This document shows, one piece after another, positions 25,173-37,671 of a stretch of DNA of 64,000 bases (position 1 is its first letter; the number at the start of each line of letters is the position of its first letter). The stretch spans positions 6,760,001 to 6,824,000 of the forward strand of contig NC_087245.1 in NCBI RefSeq assembly GCF_037042905.1, in the 5' to 3' direction. The notes under the pieces were generated by a model. The model was not told the DNA's origin. It did no database searches and saw nothing but the letters and a program-made list of their open reading frames with translations. Position numbers and translations under genes: made by a program. Source of the DNA: Lytechinus pictus (lineage: Eukaryota).

Positions 25173-28100
25173 TGTCGTCGTTGTTAGTCTTTTCTTACCT
25201 GCTATTATAGCTGCCTCTCCAGCTGTCATATTAAACTGTGATTCCATGAATTTCGGACCGAATACACCCACAGCGACCAGTATAAATGTTTCCATGGCAG
25301 TCGATAAATTGTTGAACATAAAGGGAGGATTTTTTAATAGTGTCCACAAAGCTTTGGGGAATTGCATAATTGATTTCCATCCCGACTTCGCTTCAAATTC
25401 TGTTCCTTTCTGTGTTTCAACCACACGCTGGGCAAAAATTGCCTTTCCACCTGTAAAAAAGGGATTACAGATTTAATGATTATAAGTGGAGAAAAATGAA
25501 CTCTTCTCTAGACAATAGAATTAATGGGAATATAAAAATACAGAAAGGGTCAATATCAATTCAAGTTCACCCGAACGAAAAAAAAATACAAAGAAAAATT
25601 TTGAAGCAAAATATCCTTATTTTTTCATTAATTTTGATTTTTTAAATTTGCATTAAAAATGTGAAATGAGAGACCCGACGATGTCATAGCCCACTATCCC
25701 TTTTACTTTGTCTTTTTTAATGATAAATATATATAATTTCAAATAAGTACAAAATGAAGTTTCTACTCCAAAAATGTTAACTATGGTTTTAATCCTCACT
25801 CGTCCCGGCACGAAGTTTGGGGTGGATGGGAGCAATGATTCTTAGTGTCTTTTGTGTCAGTGAAGGGGGAGCATGGGCTTGTTACCGCTTCTTTTGGAGG
25901 GATCACTTTTTGAAAAGTTACCTCTCGTGACAAAAACAGTCACCCATACACATGATGGAGGTAGAATTGGTCTACATTTGCCTCATTGATAATTCAACAA
26001 GCAACATAAAAAAAACGTCAACTAAAACAAAAAGGATGATCGCCATTTCCGATGTGGGGTAATTTTCAACGGAGGCGGTCGTGAAAAGCCCTAGCTAGCT
26101 AGTATACCTGGTAATGATCGACTGTATCCAAGGAATGGAATAACGATAGAGAACGATATTAGAGCTGCTACTATAAAACCAAGCCACCAAGCACCAACCC
26201 ATGTAGGATCTGAAGGACTGATGTCAAGCCTATATAGTAGAAAAAGGAAGGGAATGTTTGTCATTATCATGAGCAGTCAAAAAGTACGATAGTATTAGAA
26301 GCATGTTTTGTATATTTAGCTGAGGAAGGAAAAGAAGGAGAAAGAATGAGAATCTACAATTGTTCATTTTCTTGAAAGTAAGTCTTAGTTTATTATGCCA
26401 TTATGTCGCCGGAAATCTCAAACAAAATACACAGCATGAATATGGAGAAAGCCCGCATACAAACATCTCAATTGACCATGTTGGCAATCATTTCGTGTAC
26501 AAAATATAGAATATCTCTTTTCCTCTTTAGCTCTATAACTGGCATTTCAGGGCGCATAACGGATTGAAACGTCTTGGAAATGATCGTGTAAAGTAGGCGA
26601 ACTTTGATAAACCGCTTGACTATCAAGCATAAGGAAAATTATTTATTTGTGTTTTTATTAACTATTTATTTACCAAAACTATCATAAAACCCCACTCTGT
26701 GCAGCGGAAACAAAATAACAGCAGCAAGGTCTCATTTGGTCAAGTTCTTGACGTTTGTGTTTATTTTTTCCTGTACATGTTTGTTTCAAAAGATAGAAAA
26801 TAATAAAATAGGTCCACATCTACTCTAGATCATGCTATCCATGTTTCAGAAGAAAAAAAGTTTCTTCGACGGACACCAAACTAGGATGAACGTCTTTCTT
26901 AAGTTAAGGGATATGAAATGAATTTATGCAATATTGACTACGCTAAAATGATATATTTTCCATGTATAAACTGTGAAAGGCCATTAATCCCCTCTAACAT
27001 CTATTCCAAGTAATGCAACTCTCCAGGATGTAAAGATTGTACTCACTCATCTGCGGCCTGTAGTTCGGTATAGAGACCGAGGAAGAGTCCTCCCACAATG
27101 TACCCTATTGCTGGTCCCAGAATGGCCATAGATTTAAACACACCTGTAGAGAAAAGGTTAACAATATAATGAATGGGGGAACGCAGAGAACGAAAAAAGA
27201 GAAGGGAAAAAAGAAGAAAATTGTGAAAAAAGAAAGAGGAGAAGAAAAAGTAAATGTTTAAGAGAGAGAGAGAGAGAGGGGGGAAGATAATACACGATAA
27301 ATTTAGAAAAATGAGTAGTGCTCAATAGGGTCGAAAGGGCCTCAGACAAGCCTTCATTACCCGCTGAACTCATCATCTGATCAAGATATTTTTTTAATGT
27401 GAATGAAGATCGGCAAGCCTTCAGGTCGCCAAAGAAATCATCTGATCTTGAAATTTTGCAATATTAATGGAGATTTTGGACTGACCAACCTAAACGTTCC
27501 CAAACAACTCCATCTGATCTAGAATGTATCTAAACTTACTATAGATTTTAAACTTCAATGAAATCTTATAGACTCAAATTGCATTTGCCTATGGTAGATT
27601 ATTAATTGCAATCACCAATTTTTCACCCTAATCAGGAGTTGGCTTATAAAGTGAATACAAATTGTTGCGAATACAAAAAAATATAAGCCTGTTTTTTGTC
27701 ATATTACTGGATGAAATAAACAAGCCCCTTAACATGCTTAAGGCCCTGTCACATCGTTCCGTGCAAGCCTTTAAGGGAATGATGATATGTGCAAGAAATA
27801 TTTGTCTATGTTAAAAACCCAATGCGTAAACATAAATGGAACTACTAAATCCTAGTTGTAACATCGTAAAGCGTGGCCAACGGTTGCTTTGATTTAATTG
27901 GGTTATGAGAAGAAATAAGCACACTTACACTAACAATTCATTTGACATGTTTGAAATGAAATACTGTTTAGTAAGACCGTTTTTCAAACGTGATCCATAC
28001 CTATATAGAGCCCGGAGTTTGCTGACGACACATTCTCGTCGATATACGTGACACCGAGTGTGTAGAGAGGTGAGGCACCGATACCATGGAATACCTGAGC

Positions 28101-29931
28101 TAGGATGAATACTCCGTAAAAGTTGACTAGAGACTCGTCTTGTACTTCTATCGTCGTACATATATCGTTTGACGTTCGGTTTGTGTCGCACATCTCAAAA
28201 TCGGCATCCTATAGTATTCAAGATATATCAAGATTATACATAATTTGTCACACAAGGTTAACTGTTTCGAGATTATTTTATTGTATTAGACAAATCTTCT
28301 ATCATATCAATGTTCTAAACCGGAAGGCTGATTGGACAGGTGACATTGATCACATGTACTTGAGCTCGGAAGCTGTTTCTTTGGCATAAACACGTACCAT
28401 AACACGGCATAGATGCAAATGCCGAATGTGATCATTCCAAATGTCTTATTTGGGGCATTTTGATGACCGTGTAAGGTAGGAATAGGACAACGGGCATAAT
28501 AGAATGATCTGAAGCCCTTTTCATAAAAACTTACAACTTTGGTAATTTAATGATACTAAATTTGCTAATCACGGTAACTACCAAGGAAACAGTTGACAGC
28601 TGAGCCATCCGTTATCACATTGCTAAAATGGAATTGAGAGTGTTTATGAAACGGACCCAAGAACTAAATGTAGTTATGATTGCAAATTCATAAATATTGC
28701 GAAATAATGGTATTGCAGTCACAAACAAACTTGTATATTATGCAAACATAAAGTTAAAGCAGACAGCCTGATAATTACCTGGTATTCGTACTCTCCGCTT
28801 AAAAAGTGTGGAAACGTAAAAATAATCGAACCGATTCCAAATATGAAAGCCCCAATACCCAACCAGACTGGCTTGTGCGCCTTCTCGCCGAAGTACGTAA
28901 CGAAAATGATGATAACCATTACTGAGAAGTCATAGCTGCTGGAGATGAATCCACTACGGACGCTGGTGAATCCAAAACGGCGTTCGAGTGTGGTGATGAC
29001 CACATAGACTAGACCATTGACCGTCATACCCTGAGCGATTACGAAGATTGATAGGAAGAGGGTGTAGCCGACGATGTTATTACAACACTGTGAATTTAAA
29101 GCAGAAAGGGGAGAAATAGCGATGAACATGATAGGCGAAACTTTAACATTTACAGTATACCTGGTGGTTGTTTCGTAAAGCTGTTCTTAAGTTAAGAGCA
29201 ACTTTAAGAACAATTGATGATCCTTTCATACGCTCTAAATAATCACCAATGGTGAATTTCACTTACCACAAGAAAGGATCACCAGTCGTTCTTAAAGTCA
29301 CTTTGAACTTACGAACAACTTTATGAAACGGACCCCGGGTTTTCTCTCACGACGTAAAGTAACAGATGAAAGACACTTTATCATGAATGAATACCAATAG
29401 TATAGTTTGACTCTTTGCGTAAAGAGATGATACTGTCTCGTTATCAATCAGTGTATCCTTAAATACGTTTATGTGAAAACTAGACAACTCGACTCTAAAC
29501 TTTTGAAAGTACTTTGAAGAATAAACATGAATGAATTAATTGGGCACGGAAGGCATTGCGGGAAAATACTGGTATCTTTTATAAAAAGAATAGCGTACCT
29601 GTAAACATTGAGGTCTCCACCTAAACCACCCACATTGTGGATTATCATCTTCATCGGTATCGTTTTCTTTGGGTGGAAGTGCATCCGAATCCGCAATATG
29701 ACCATTGCCATTCGACATCGCCCTCGCCTTGCCGTCTGATGTTCCTCCATTTTGTTCGTTTACGTGACCGTTTTGTAACGTCGTCTCCGTCTCGACGGCG
29801 AGGGGGTTGTCAATTCCGAGTTCTAGTTCAGCTGCTCTCTGAGGGTCATTGAAGTTGGTTTGAGTACCCACCGTAGAGGGTGGCCTTAACAGTATCCTGT
29901 CATCATTGTTTGTTGTATACGTTCCATCCAT
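19728..29931 (-). CDS. SLCO4A1: Organic anion transporting polypeptide (OATP/SLCO4-like), complete, 743 aa; exons 29931-29599, 29087-28779, 28208-28001, 27143-27047, 26229-26108, 25450-25199, 24588-24393, 21651-21483, 20998-20820, 20587-20523, 20029-19728
   Basis: All junctions are GT-AG and phase-compatible (2232 nt). Motifs: ITTLERRF, HKPVWLGIG, FPHF, QVFHGIGASPLYTLGVTYIDENV, OATP signature DPTWVGAWWLGF, Kazal-like CNGDCMC..FQPVCGEDDVMYYSPCHAGC, TM11 YRCLGSIPAPIIFG. The SLCO4 assignment is from motif recall; the symbol means 'SLCO4A1-like'. Confidence 0.95.
21966..24342 (-). mobile_element. Decayed PIF/Harbinger DNA transposon in an SLCO intron
   Basis: TIRs AGTTCCCACTGTCACAATTTGCGC and GCGCGAATCGTGACAGTGGGAGCT. 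Frameshifted DDE_Tnp_4/HARBI1-type transposase at ~23860-22790: GLKLPVTLR, LLAMVDMDCKFIW, MSDAQIF, RKPYSRR..EERILNYRISYGRRVVENVF..ILASRFR. Confidence 0.88.
24953..25172. repeat. Compound (CAC)/(CAT)n microsatellite
   Basis: Visible directly; begins ~25 nt inside the intron after SLCO exon 25450-25199. Confidence 0.95.
27345..27525. repeat. Degenerate ~65-70-bp minisatellite (3 units)
   Basis: Recurrent CAAGCCTTCA ... CATCTGATC ... AATG(A/G)AGAT. Confidence 0.5.
28510..28660. mobile_element. Short palindromic MITE
   Basis: CCTTTTCATAAA ... TTTATGAAACGG inverted ends. Confidence 0.5.
29161..29338. mobile_element. Short foldback MITE
   Basis: GTTTCGTAAAGCTGTTCTTAAGTTAAGAGCAACTTTAAGAAC is nearly the reverse complement of GTTCTTAAAGTCACTTTGAACTTACGAACAACTTTATGAAAC. 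Confidence 0.75.
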
Positions 29932-30107
29932 AGTTCTTTAGGTAATTTACCTTGTATTGCTCCTCAAACTAATCGTCTGGCGTCAGTGGAAAATGAACTT
30001 ATGGTCCTCCCTTACATTGACTACACTCACTGCAAAGAATGGATCCTCAGATAAGAATGCTAGTCCTTTGTAAGTCCATTTTGAAGAAGTCCTCTGTAAT
30101 ACTCATT
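29932..30107 (-). other. 5'UTR portion of the ATG-containing exon of the first SLCO gene, with uORFs
   Basis: Acceptor tcttcttctgcag| ends at 30108. uORF 30106-30047 (MSITEDFFKMDLQRTSILI*) and an ATG-TAA at 30017-30012. Confidence 0.55.
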
Positions 30108-31115
30108 CTGCAGAAGAAGAATATATAAATAAATGTATCACTATTTAGCTACCCATCACCTACATGTACCCCAGACAAAAAAATAATGTGCAGCCTACTG
30201 TCCGTACTAATATAATGAACATTATGATTTCCAAGCATTTATCTTTTCACTGGTAACCGAATCCGTTGTTCTAAACTTCAAACAAACGGATTCAAAAGTT
30301 CAAACATAACTAAACATGCAAAGTACGGTTAATAACGTTGATAATATGATAGGCCGACTGCATGATATGAAACAATAGTTTTTGGCTTAATCTTCATCAC
30401 ATCAGTAAATACTAGATTTAAGTAATTTACATCTAGGGTAAGCTGACCTCGTATTATCGTGATTTGATTCTATTAGTTATCTTTGAGTAAACCTTCGCTC
30501 CTATATTCATACAAAAAAAAGATCGCGGACTTCTAAAAACGTTACTGTCTGCGCACTCTACATAGTAAAGCGCTTTATGAAATACAATTATTATGATTTT
30601 GGGAACTATTTAGTTATTTATAGTAATTATCTAAGTTACTAGGCTCTAATACTGTCTGAAATTAATACCCGGAAATCAATAACTGAATAGAAAAAAGGAT
30701 GTGAGCCTCCGATTATCGTGGAGTGCAATACATCAAGAATTTATTAACACTAATAAATCACAGGCTCTTGGCACTTTGATATTAATGTATTGATTTCAAT
30801 ATTCTTCTCTGTCACTTTGCTCCATGACAGTATTGACTAAATCATCAAATTTACTGTCTGATTGGACAAGAATGTTCTATTTCTTTAGTAATATCCCTAC
30901 TGTTGAAAGTGTATTATGTCAGAGTATATCTTTGTACCTCTATCTTCTTATTTCCATCTTCTTCCCATTATTTCTTTCATTTCCTATTCATTATTATTTT
31001 TTGTCATTAGTCATACTCATATTTCAAAGCGTGTGTAATAGAGTCAGGCCAACAGCTGCCCCATCCATCGCAAAAATATTTTGAAAAAAATCTATGTTTC
31101 TAATATCAAATTTGT

Positions 31116-31262
31116 AGAAGAAGAAGAAGACGAAGAAGAAGAAGAAGTAGAAGAAGAAGAAGAAGAAGAAGGAAGAGGGGAGGAGGAGGAGAGGAGTAAA
31201 AATGAAATGAAGGAGAAGGAGAATGAGAAGAAGTAGAAGAAGAAGAAGAAGAACAACGACAA
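31116..31262. repeat. (GAA)/(GGA)n purine microsatellite
   Basis: Visible directly. Confidence 0.9.
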
Positions 31263-33649
31263 CAATAAAACAACTTTAAATTACAAATACAAAATCCACC
31301 TTTGTGATTAACATGGTGGCTTCGCCCCATCCCTTATCATGCTTATGTCTGCGAAAAGAATCTATATACTATTGCCGTATGGCAGCAATGGCGAGTTTTC
31401 GCTCGGCGGAAATAGCCGTGTATTCGAATGAGTCAACAAGCATGCCAAGTGTATGGGTTGAAATTATTAACTCGTAAAATGGATATCATCAATTCTAAAT
31501 ATTATTAACTATGATTAAGTTTTGATGTATGATTGGGCGATTCGATATAGTGGGACAAAGGTCAAGTATACACACGTAACTCTATAACGTTTACCGATCT
31601 CAGTGATAATTAATTAAATAACATATTTACTATAGCTACATGAAATATTGCATCATTTGTGCAGGCCCTTTTAAACCTATTAATCAGACGCTGACTGCTC
31701 TTTCGTTCATTTTTTCGGATAACCGTTTGACAATGTGAGACACAAAATATTTCTAATTATCAAATTAAAATCATTATAATTTATTGATATTGGGAACCAT
31801 CTACAGTAAATTCCATCAAGTTTGATTAAATTTCCAAACATCCCAAAATTCACAAAAATAATGACAAATAATAAAGTCATTGCCATATAAACCAAATAAC
31901 CATCCATTTGAGTTAAATCGAATACAGAATATTTTTAAATAGTTTAAGATTGATTATCAAGTTTCCTTTAGCAATTCAAATAAGTGTATGTTTTAGAACT
32001 TTAGGTCAAGTGTTGATGCATGATAAACGGGAAGGGAGGGGGTAACGAAAATTGAGTCACTGTCTTGAGTGGCCAAATTATTTTGACAAACAAAATTAAA
32101 TCGATCCTTATTCCAAAAAGTATCTATTGATTAGCATACAAAAGCAATTGGCTATCAAAGAAAATGGAGTCGGTTTTTCCAGCGTGTCTGTGGCATTAAG
32201 ACTGAGTGTTAAAAGTTGGTCCCAAAACATAATATTTAGCCTTTAACTATAGCGTCTGTAAAACGGTAATTACATAATAAAATATTTAATACGTCTCAGC
32301 TCTCGATAAACGTTTAATAGTATGAGTTCTATGCACTGACATGTACATCACATAGTTATTTAAACATTATACGGATGGGGTGACATGTATAGGTCCGGTA
32401 ACAGCATTCACGAAATCGAAAATCATGGAATGTAATATATATATATATATATATATTTTTTTTTTTTTGGGGGGGGGTAATTCTATAGCAAAAGCATCGC
32501 TCTCTTTATTCATTTTGGTCTTAGCCGAAACCATTATATGAATGTCCCGATGGATAGAATTTATTTTATCAATCCCATATAAAATACATGTATTCACCCG
32601 CTGATTAATTAATTTCAATTGAAAAATAACCTAATCATAATTATAGGCCTTATAACTCTGTCCCATATCAGTTGAATACATGCATGTAGAATGTTTTTTT
32701 CCGAATTCGTCTCAATTATGTATAATATATTCGAAAAATCGTTGTTAATAATCACTCTAATTTTATCTTTCAAGGTGTAATTCTTAATGCTTTTAATTCA
32801 TTATTTCCTTTTCCAAAATTAAGACATTTACCACTTGCCGGCAAGAACTGTGCATTTGACTCCCTTTTAGCTTTATTTCATATCATTGTACTAATAAGGT
32901 CATAAAATTTCCTTTATGATGGAACTACATTCGTCATACATTCGTCATGATGAAGAAAATGTGATTTGCAGGTATGATACTCATGTCACAGTTGACTCAC
33001 CCTTATCTTTACTTTGTTTTATTACATTATAGGGTGGTAAAATATTTTTTTATGATGCATCTTTGAACACACTAAAGAAAATATGATTTCCAGTAATGAT
33101 ACATCATATGAATCACTTCATAAAAAAATGTAATTGATACTTGTAGAAAAGGAAGAATATATATTTTACTTACTATTAAGTCGATTCAAAATGATATTAT
33201 AAACGATAATCCAGTCACACACTTCAAGAAATTCCAGATGTAAAATGGGCTTACGTCTCGTCTTATAGTGGCAGGATTTAATACCTATACGCTTTTCAGA
33301 ATGTCATATTTGTATTACGTATGAGAAATTTAGAGTGACGGTCTATACAGACCCACATGAAATGCATCATTTATTAGTGACATATTAATTTTGGACTTTG
33401 CCCGGTATCAATTAGCGATCTCTTGCTCACATCGGAAGATTGTGCTTGCAAACTCAGTACGATTCGAAGTATTTGTTTTACACTAATCGAAGCAGTACAC
33501 TGATAAGTTTGGACGCGATAATAAACAAGAAACAAAACAATGATCTGATGATGAGAAGATGGGCGTTAGTCTTGTGACATTTTTAATCCATCCTTCAATT
33601 TTGGTTTAATATATTGTTACTTTACATGTCGTGATCTATTTTCATTATG

Positions 33650-33840
33650 TTTTGTTGAGTGTTCTTTAAAGAGTCACGTGGCATGGTCCTGATGGGAAGC
33701 GGGTAATTTTAGTAATTTTATATCATTTCATGTTTGTATTTGAGTATTATTCTATTGTTGTAAATTGTACACTTGTTTTTATTCAGCCTTTGGCTGCGAG
33801 GCATGTTTTTAATAAACCATTATTGAATTGAATTGAATTG
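33650..33840 (+). mobile_element. 3' end fragment of a CR1/L2-group LINE or SINE
   Basis: CAGCC-TTT-GGCTG stem-loop, AATAAA and a (TTGAA)n tail. Confidence 0.55.
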
Positions 33841-35016
33841 GGTGCTGATATACCGGAGGGGGGGGGGGGGAGGGCTGCGTCGTGTGTTTATTCTCCGTAG
33901 GCTGCACCCCCTGGGAATCTGGTAGGTATGCTGAATATCAGAAATAAAAAAAACTAACAAATAAAATAGGACCAACATTTTTGCATTTGCTTGTCAATTT
34001 TTTTCCTTAACCAAAATCACCGTCATTTTTTAACGAAACTTTTTTTTGACTTGTCAATTTTTCTCCTTGAGGGTGAAAAACTATTTTTGTTTTGTTTTGA
34101 ATGTCCAGGGCTCAGTCATGTGGCTCCCTTTGTTTCTCGTCTGACCAACATTGTTTAACTTTACATGTTATAATATAGCCATGACCATAAATAAAATAAA
34201 TTGCCCCTCATCCAATTATTTTTTTTTCTTGGAGTGCACTTCATTACAATTTATTTCACTCAACTCATACAAGGTTGCCATTCCTTGGTTCAGTGCATGC
34301 TTTAGTCAATGAGAATTACATTTTCAAGTATGATACCATGGATACTGAGCGGCGTTATGAATCCGATGATCTAATAAAAAGGTAAGCAAGTGATCAGAGC
34401 ATCCAGGATTAACACAAAGGTTGAAAAGAACGACTTATTGAACACGTTTCGTACATTTTTCCAAAAATTTGCAATGCAAAAATAACTTTTTTTTCAAAAT
34501 ATATGGAGGCACTTGTCCCCTGCTCCAATTATTGGTGCATGTGGCTATAACACCCTCACTCACCCCATCACCAGCCTCCACCCCACCCAACCTCGGGCCC
34601 ACCCCACCCCAGGCCCCACCCATAAATCATACATTCATCATGTTCATGTTTGGATTTGATAATTCACAATATGTACGTCAATTTGTTCAGTCTTTTAAAA
34701 CCTGTGAGTTATATTAAGACATGACGTCCGACAGACATCATAATCCCGACCTTTCGTTGGAGAACGCGAACGCTTATTTGCGACGGTAGTTGATTTTGGA
34801 AGAGACTTTTGGGCCCGTCGTCATGGTCGTAAAACTTTGTCCTGCAATGCAAATTGTGTGACATGAGATTTTTTTTTCGTTTCGCATCTGGAACGGAAAC
34901 ATTCAATCTGCGTTTCGTGTGCAAAACTCTGGTTGCTACTATGGTAACAGCGATATATCCGATTTAGGACGACTTTCCAAAGCCACATTTGGTTCCTCCC
35001 AGAGCTCGAGATGCCG

Positions 35017-35315
35017 CCCGGGGACCCACTTCCATTGAAGAGTGGATACCAGGCGCGACCACGCGTAAAAAGGGAAAGAGTGGGCAAGTACGTTACGTAT
35101 AGGCCTATGTAACGTTATCAGGGTGTCAAAAACGATGTTTAAAATACTGAAAAGGAGGATATGTTTTCAATACTTGTAGGGTTTCACAAGCTAAATACTT
35201 GTTAAGAGATGCATTTTCATAATCTGGAATGACTTGCTTCCCTTGTTTAGGGTGCTTTTCGAAACCCCATGGTCGTGCCTGGTATCCACTCATCAATGGA
35301 AGTGGTCCTCCCGAG
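35017..35315. mobile_element. MITE with ~45-bp TIRs starting CCCGGG
   Basis: CCACTTCCATTGAAGAGTGGATACCAGGCGCGACCA and TGGTCGTGCCTGGTATCCACTCATCAATGGAAGTGG. Confidence 0.8.
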
Positions 35316-35841
35316 AATTTGAATCTAATCCCCCATTTCTGGGGAAAGTAAAACATAATGCCCATTACATTGTGTGCTAGAGGCATACCATTTGTGTAGA
35401 AGGAGTATACAAAAGAAAAAACCCCGCAAATACGTCTGAATTTCAGTCGATTTTGAGGGTTTTTTTTTTGTTTACTCCTACACAAACGACATGCCTCTAG
35501 CACACAATGTATAGGCATATTGCATATGCTGTGTACATATCAACGCATGCGAAATGGTTTCGGCTGGAGAGGTGATCTGACCCATGGAATCAATTAAAAT
35601 AATCCACATTAAATGCAATACCGATTCGATGGCCTGTAATGACCTATATCTAAGCCTTAATTCAGTAACCTTTTCCTCACTCAATATGTACTCGATTTGT
35701 TTGAAAAAACACTTTCTTATCCATGTCATAATCTATTGTAGGTCCTGCATTTCGAATATCTCCAGCCATCAGTCATAATATACATGCATGTATGGTGCGG
35801 GTGTCGCGGGAAAGAATTTTGCACACGAAAAGCAGATCTGT

Positions 35842-35987
35842 AGGGCCTGTAACCCCCTGTAACACAAAGCTTATATAGCATTGATTGTAGAGCAGTTTTC
35901 TACGTTTGATTCTATTGACTATAATGTACAATCAATCTTAAAAATCAAGTGTATGATTAAGCGTTAACCTTTGTGTTAGGGGACCCT
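35842..35987. mobile_element. Short palindromic MITE
   Basis: TAACACAAAG ... CTTTGTGTTA inverted ends. Confidence 0.55.
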
Positions 35988-37524
35988 AATATTAGCGTCC
36001 GTGAGGATTGCGAAAGGTCCCAAATTTCTCTAAAGCGCTCGGTCTCTTAAGATAATGGAATCCCAACAATGACACTTCAATTGAGAAGGTGCTTTATACA
36101 GAAATAGGAAACAGGATATACCATTCTCTCATTTCATGCTAGTAAACCACTGCTGAAAATGTCGTCAAATTCGGAAATAACGAAGATTGAAGTTTCTTAA
36201 TTTGGGGTTTTTCGGTGCAGCAGTTTCATGCATGCTGAATGCATATGCAATGTGTGACCTTATTTTATCACGCATTCAATTTCCCTAAAAACGTCATTAT
36301 ATAGAAACCATAATTATATTTTTTAACATGATTTGTGTGTAAAATATCTATCCTGTATCAAAGTGGTTCGCATCAATGATGATCTTTCACATATTATATC
36401 CTAAATATGATTACATTCTTGGAATAAAAACAAATTAGTTTGAAATTTCAAAATATGAAAGAAAAGGTAGGGGGGTAATCATCAGCTCATAATTCATAAC
36501 GTCATGAATAGAGCAGTTTTACCAAAAAATATGAATACATCTTAATATTCCAATCACATCATTTTCAGCAGTAACTTTTCAGAACTCTGCAACATATATC
36601 TTAATTGTTCAAATCAATCTAAGTTCAACACGATCAATGATGATGTATTGAGTCCCATGTAATTGCTATTTCAAATCGAAACGATATGAAAGAAAGCATA
36701 TGGGGTGTCTTGATAGCCATTCTAATTGATATTTTAAAAAAATAAGGCGATAATTATTGTTAATTAGCAGTAAAAGATTCACATTTTAGTAACAAAATAT
36801 ATACAGAAAGTAAATCCGCTGAATAAAGTGTGATTAATAAATCGATGAAGTGGTTTACTTGTGACAATATTGTCAAAGTATCCCGCCTTTTATATCACAC
36901 TTATCTTTTAGTTTCTATATTATGTATGTATACATTTTTGCTGAAGTGAATGAATAACAAAGATTACTACAAAGCAAAAAAACACTTATAAATTTACAAT
37001 TTTTCATTAATAATCGTAGTTAACAAAAGTGCTCCAGAATTTTTGAGGTCATTCGAAATTGTTTTTTTTTTGTAGAAATAATAATTCATTGAGTTGAGTT
37101 ATTAGTTAGCTATGTGGTTTTTAGTTAAAAGGGATTAAACGATATACCGATATCATGACATTATATCGGTATATATAAATTTGCATATATCGTTTCGCAT
37201 CTTGACAATATTTCCTTCTTTTCTTTCCTTCTTGGCATAAGTGAGTAAAAGGATGACGATTCGACTAAAATAGAAACACAAGTTAATTCGGTTGATGTAT
37301 TACGCTTGTCAGACATGCCTCTAATATTGGAAACTTAATTGGACGAAAGTGTTGTGTGCAGTACGGAGCGAAGCTGGAGAAAGTTATCATTTTCTTTAAT
37401 TGCCTTCTGGCCAACGGTGATGTTACGGGAAAGGGGAGGGGTCTTCTTTTTATTTGGCAACCAGTCCATTTGACTATTTTCGCCAACCCTATAACCCCTA
37501 TGGGGGGGGGGGGAGGAGTAACCG

Positions 37525-37671
37525 TATTCTAGATCTGGACGTTAGTAGTTATTTCTTTGGAAAACACTACACTCACTTATTGCATCGGTATATACACCAA
37601 TACAAAAGAGGAGGACTGGTGTATTGATGTGTATACCGATACAAGAAATGATAACGTCCAGATCTAAACTA
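37525..37671. mobile_element. Foldback MITE with 8-9-bp TSD
   Basis: TAGATCTGGACGTTA/TAACGTCCAGATCTA TIRs, inner ATCGGTATATACACCAATAC/GTATTGATGTGTATACCGAT arms, flanks (G/A)AGTAACCG. Confidence 0.8.

Noticed and set aside
24870..25476. Poly-His, poly-Ile/Thr and poly-Met/Val ORFs
   Set aside because: Translations of an intronic (CAT)n microsatellite; the real exon ends at the GCAG|GTAAGA donor at 25199.
31106..31330. Poly-Leu/Ser ORF
   Set aside because: (GAA)n microsatellite.
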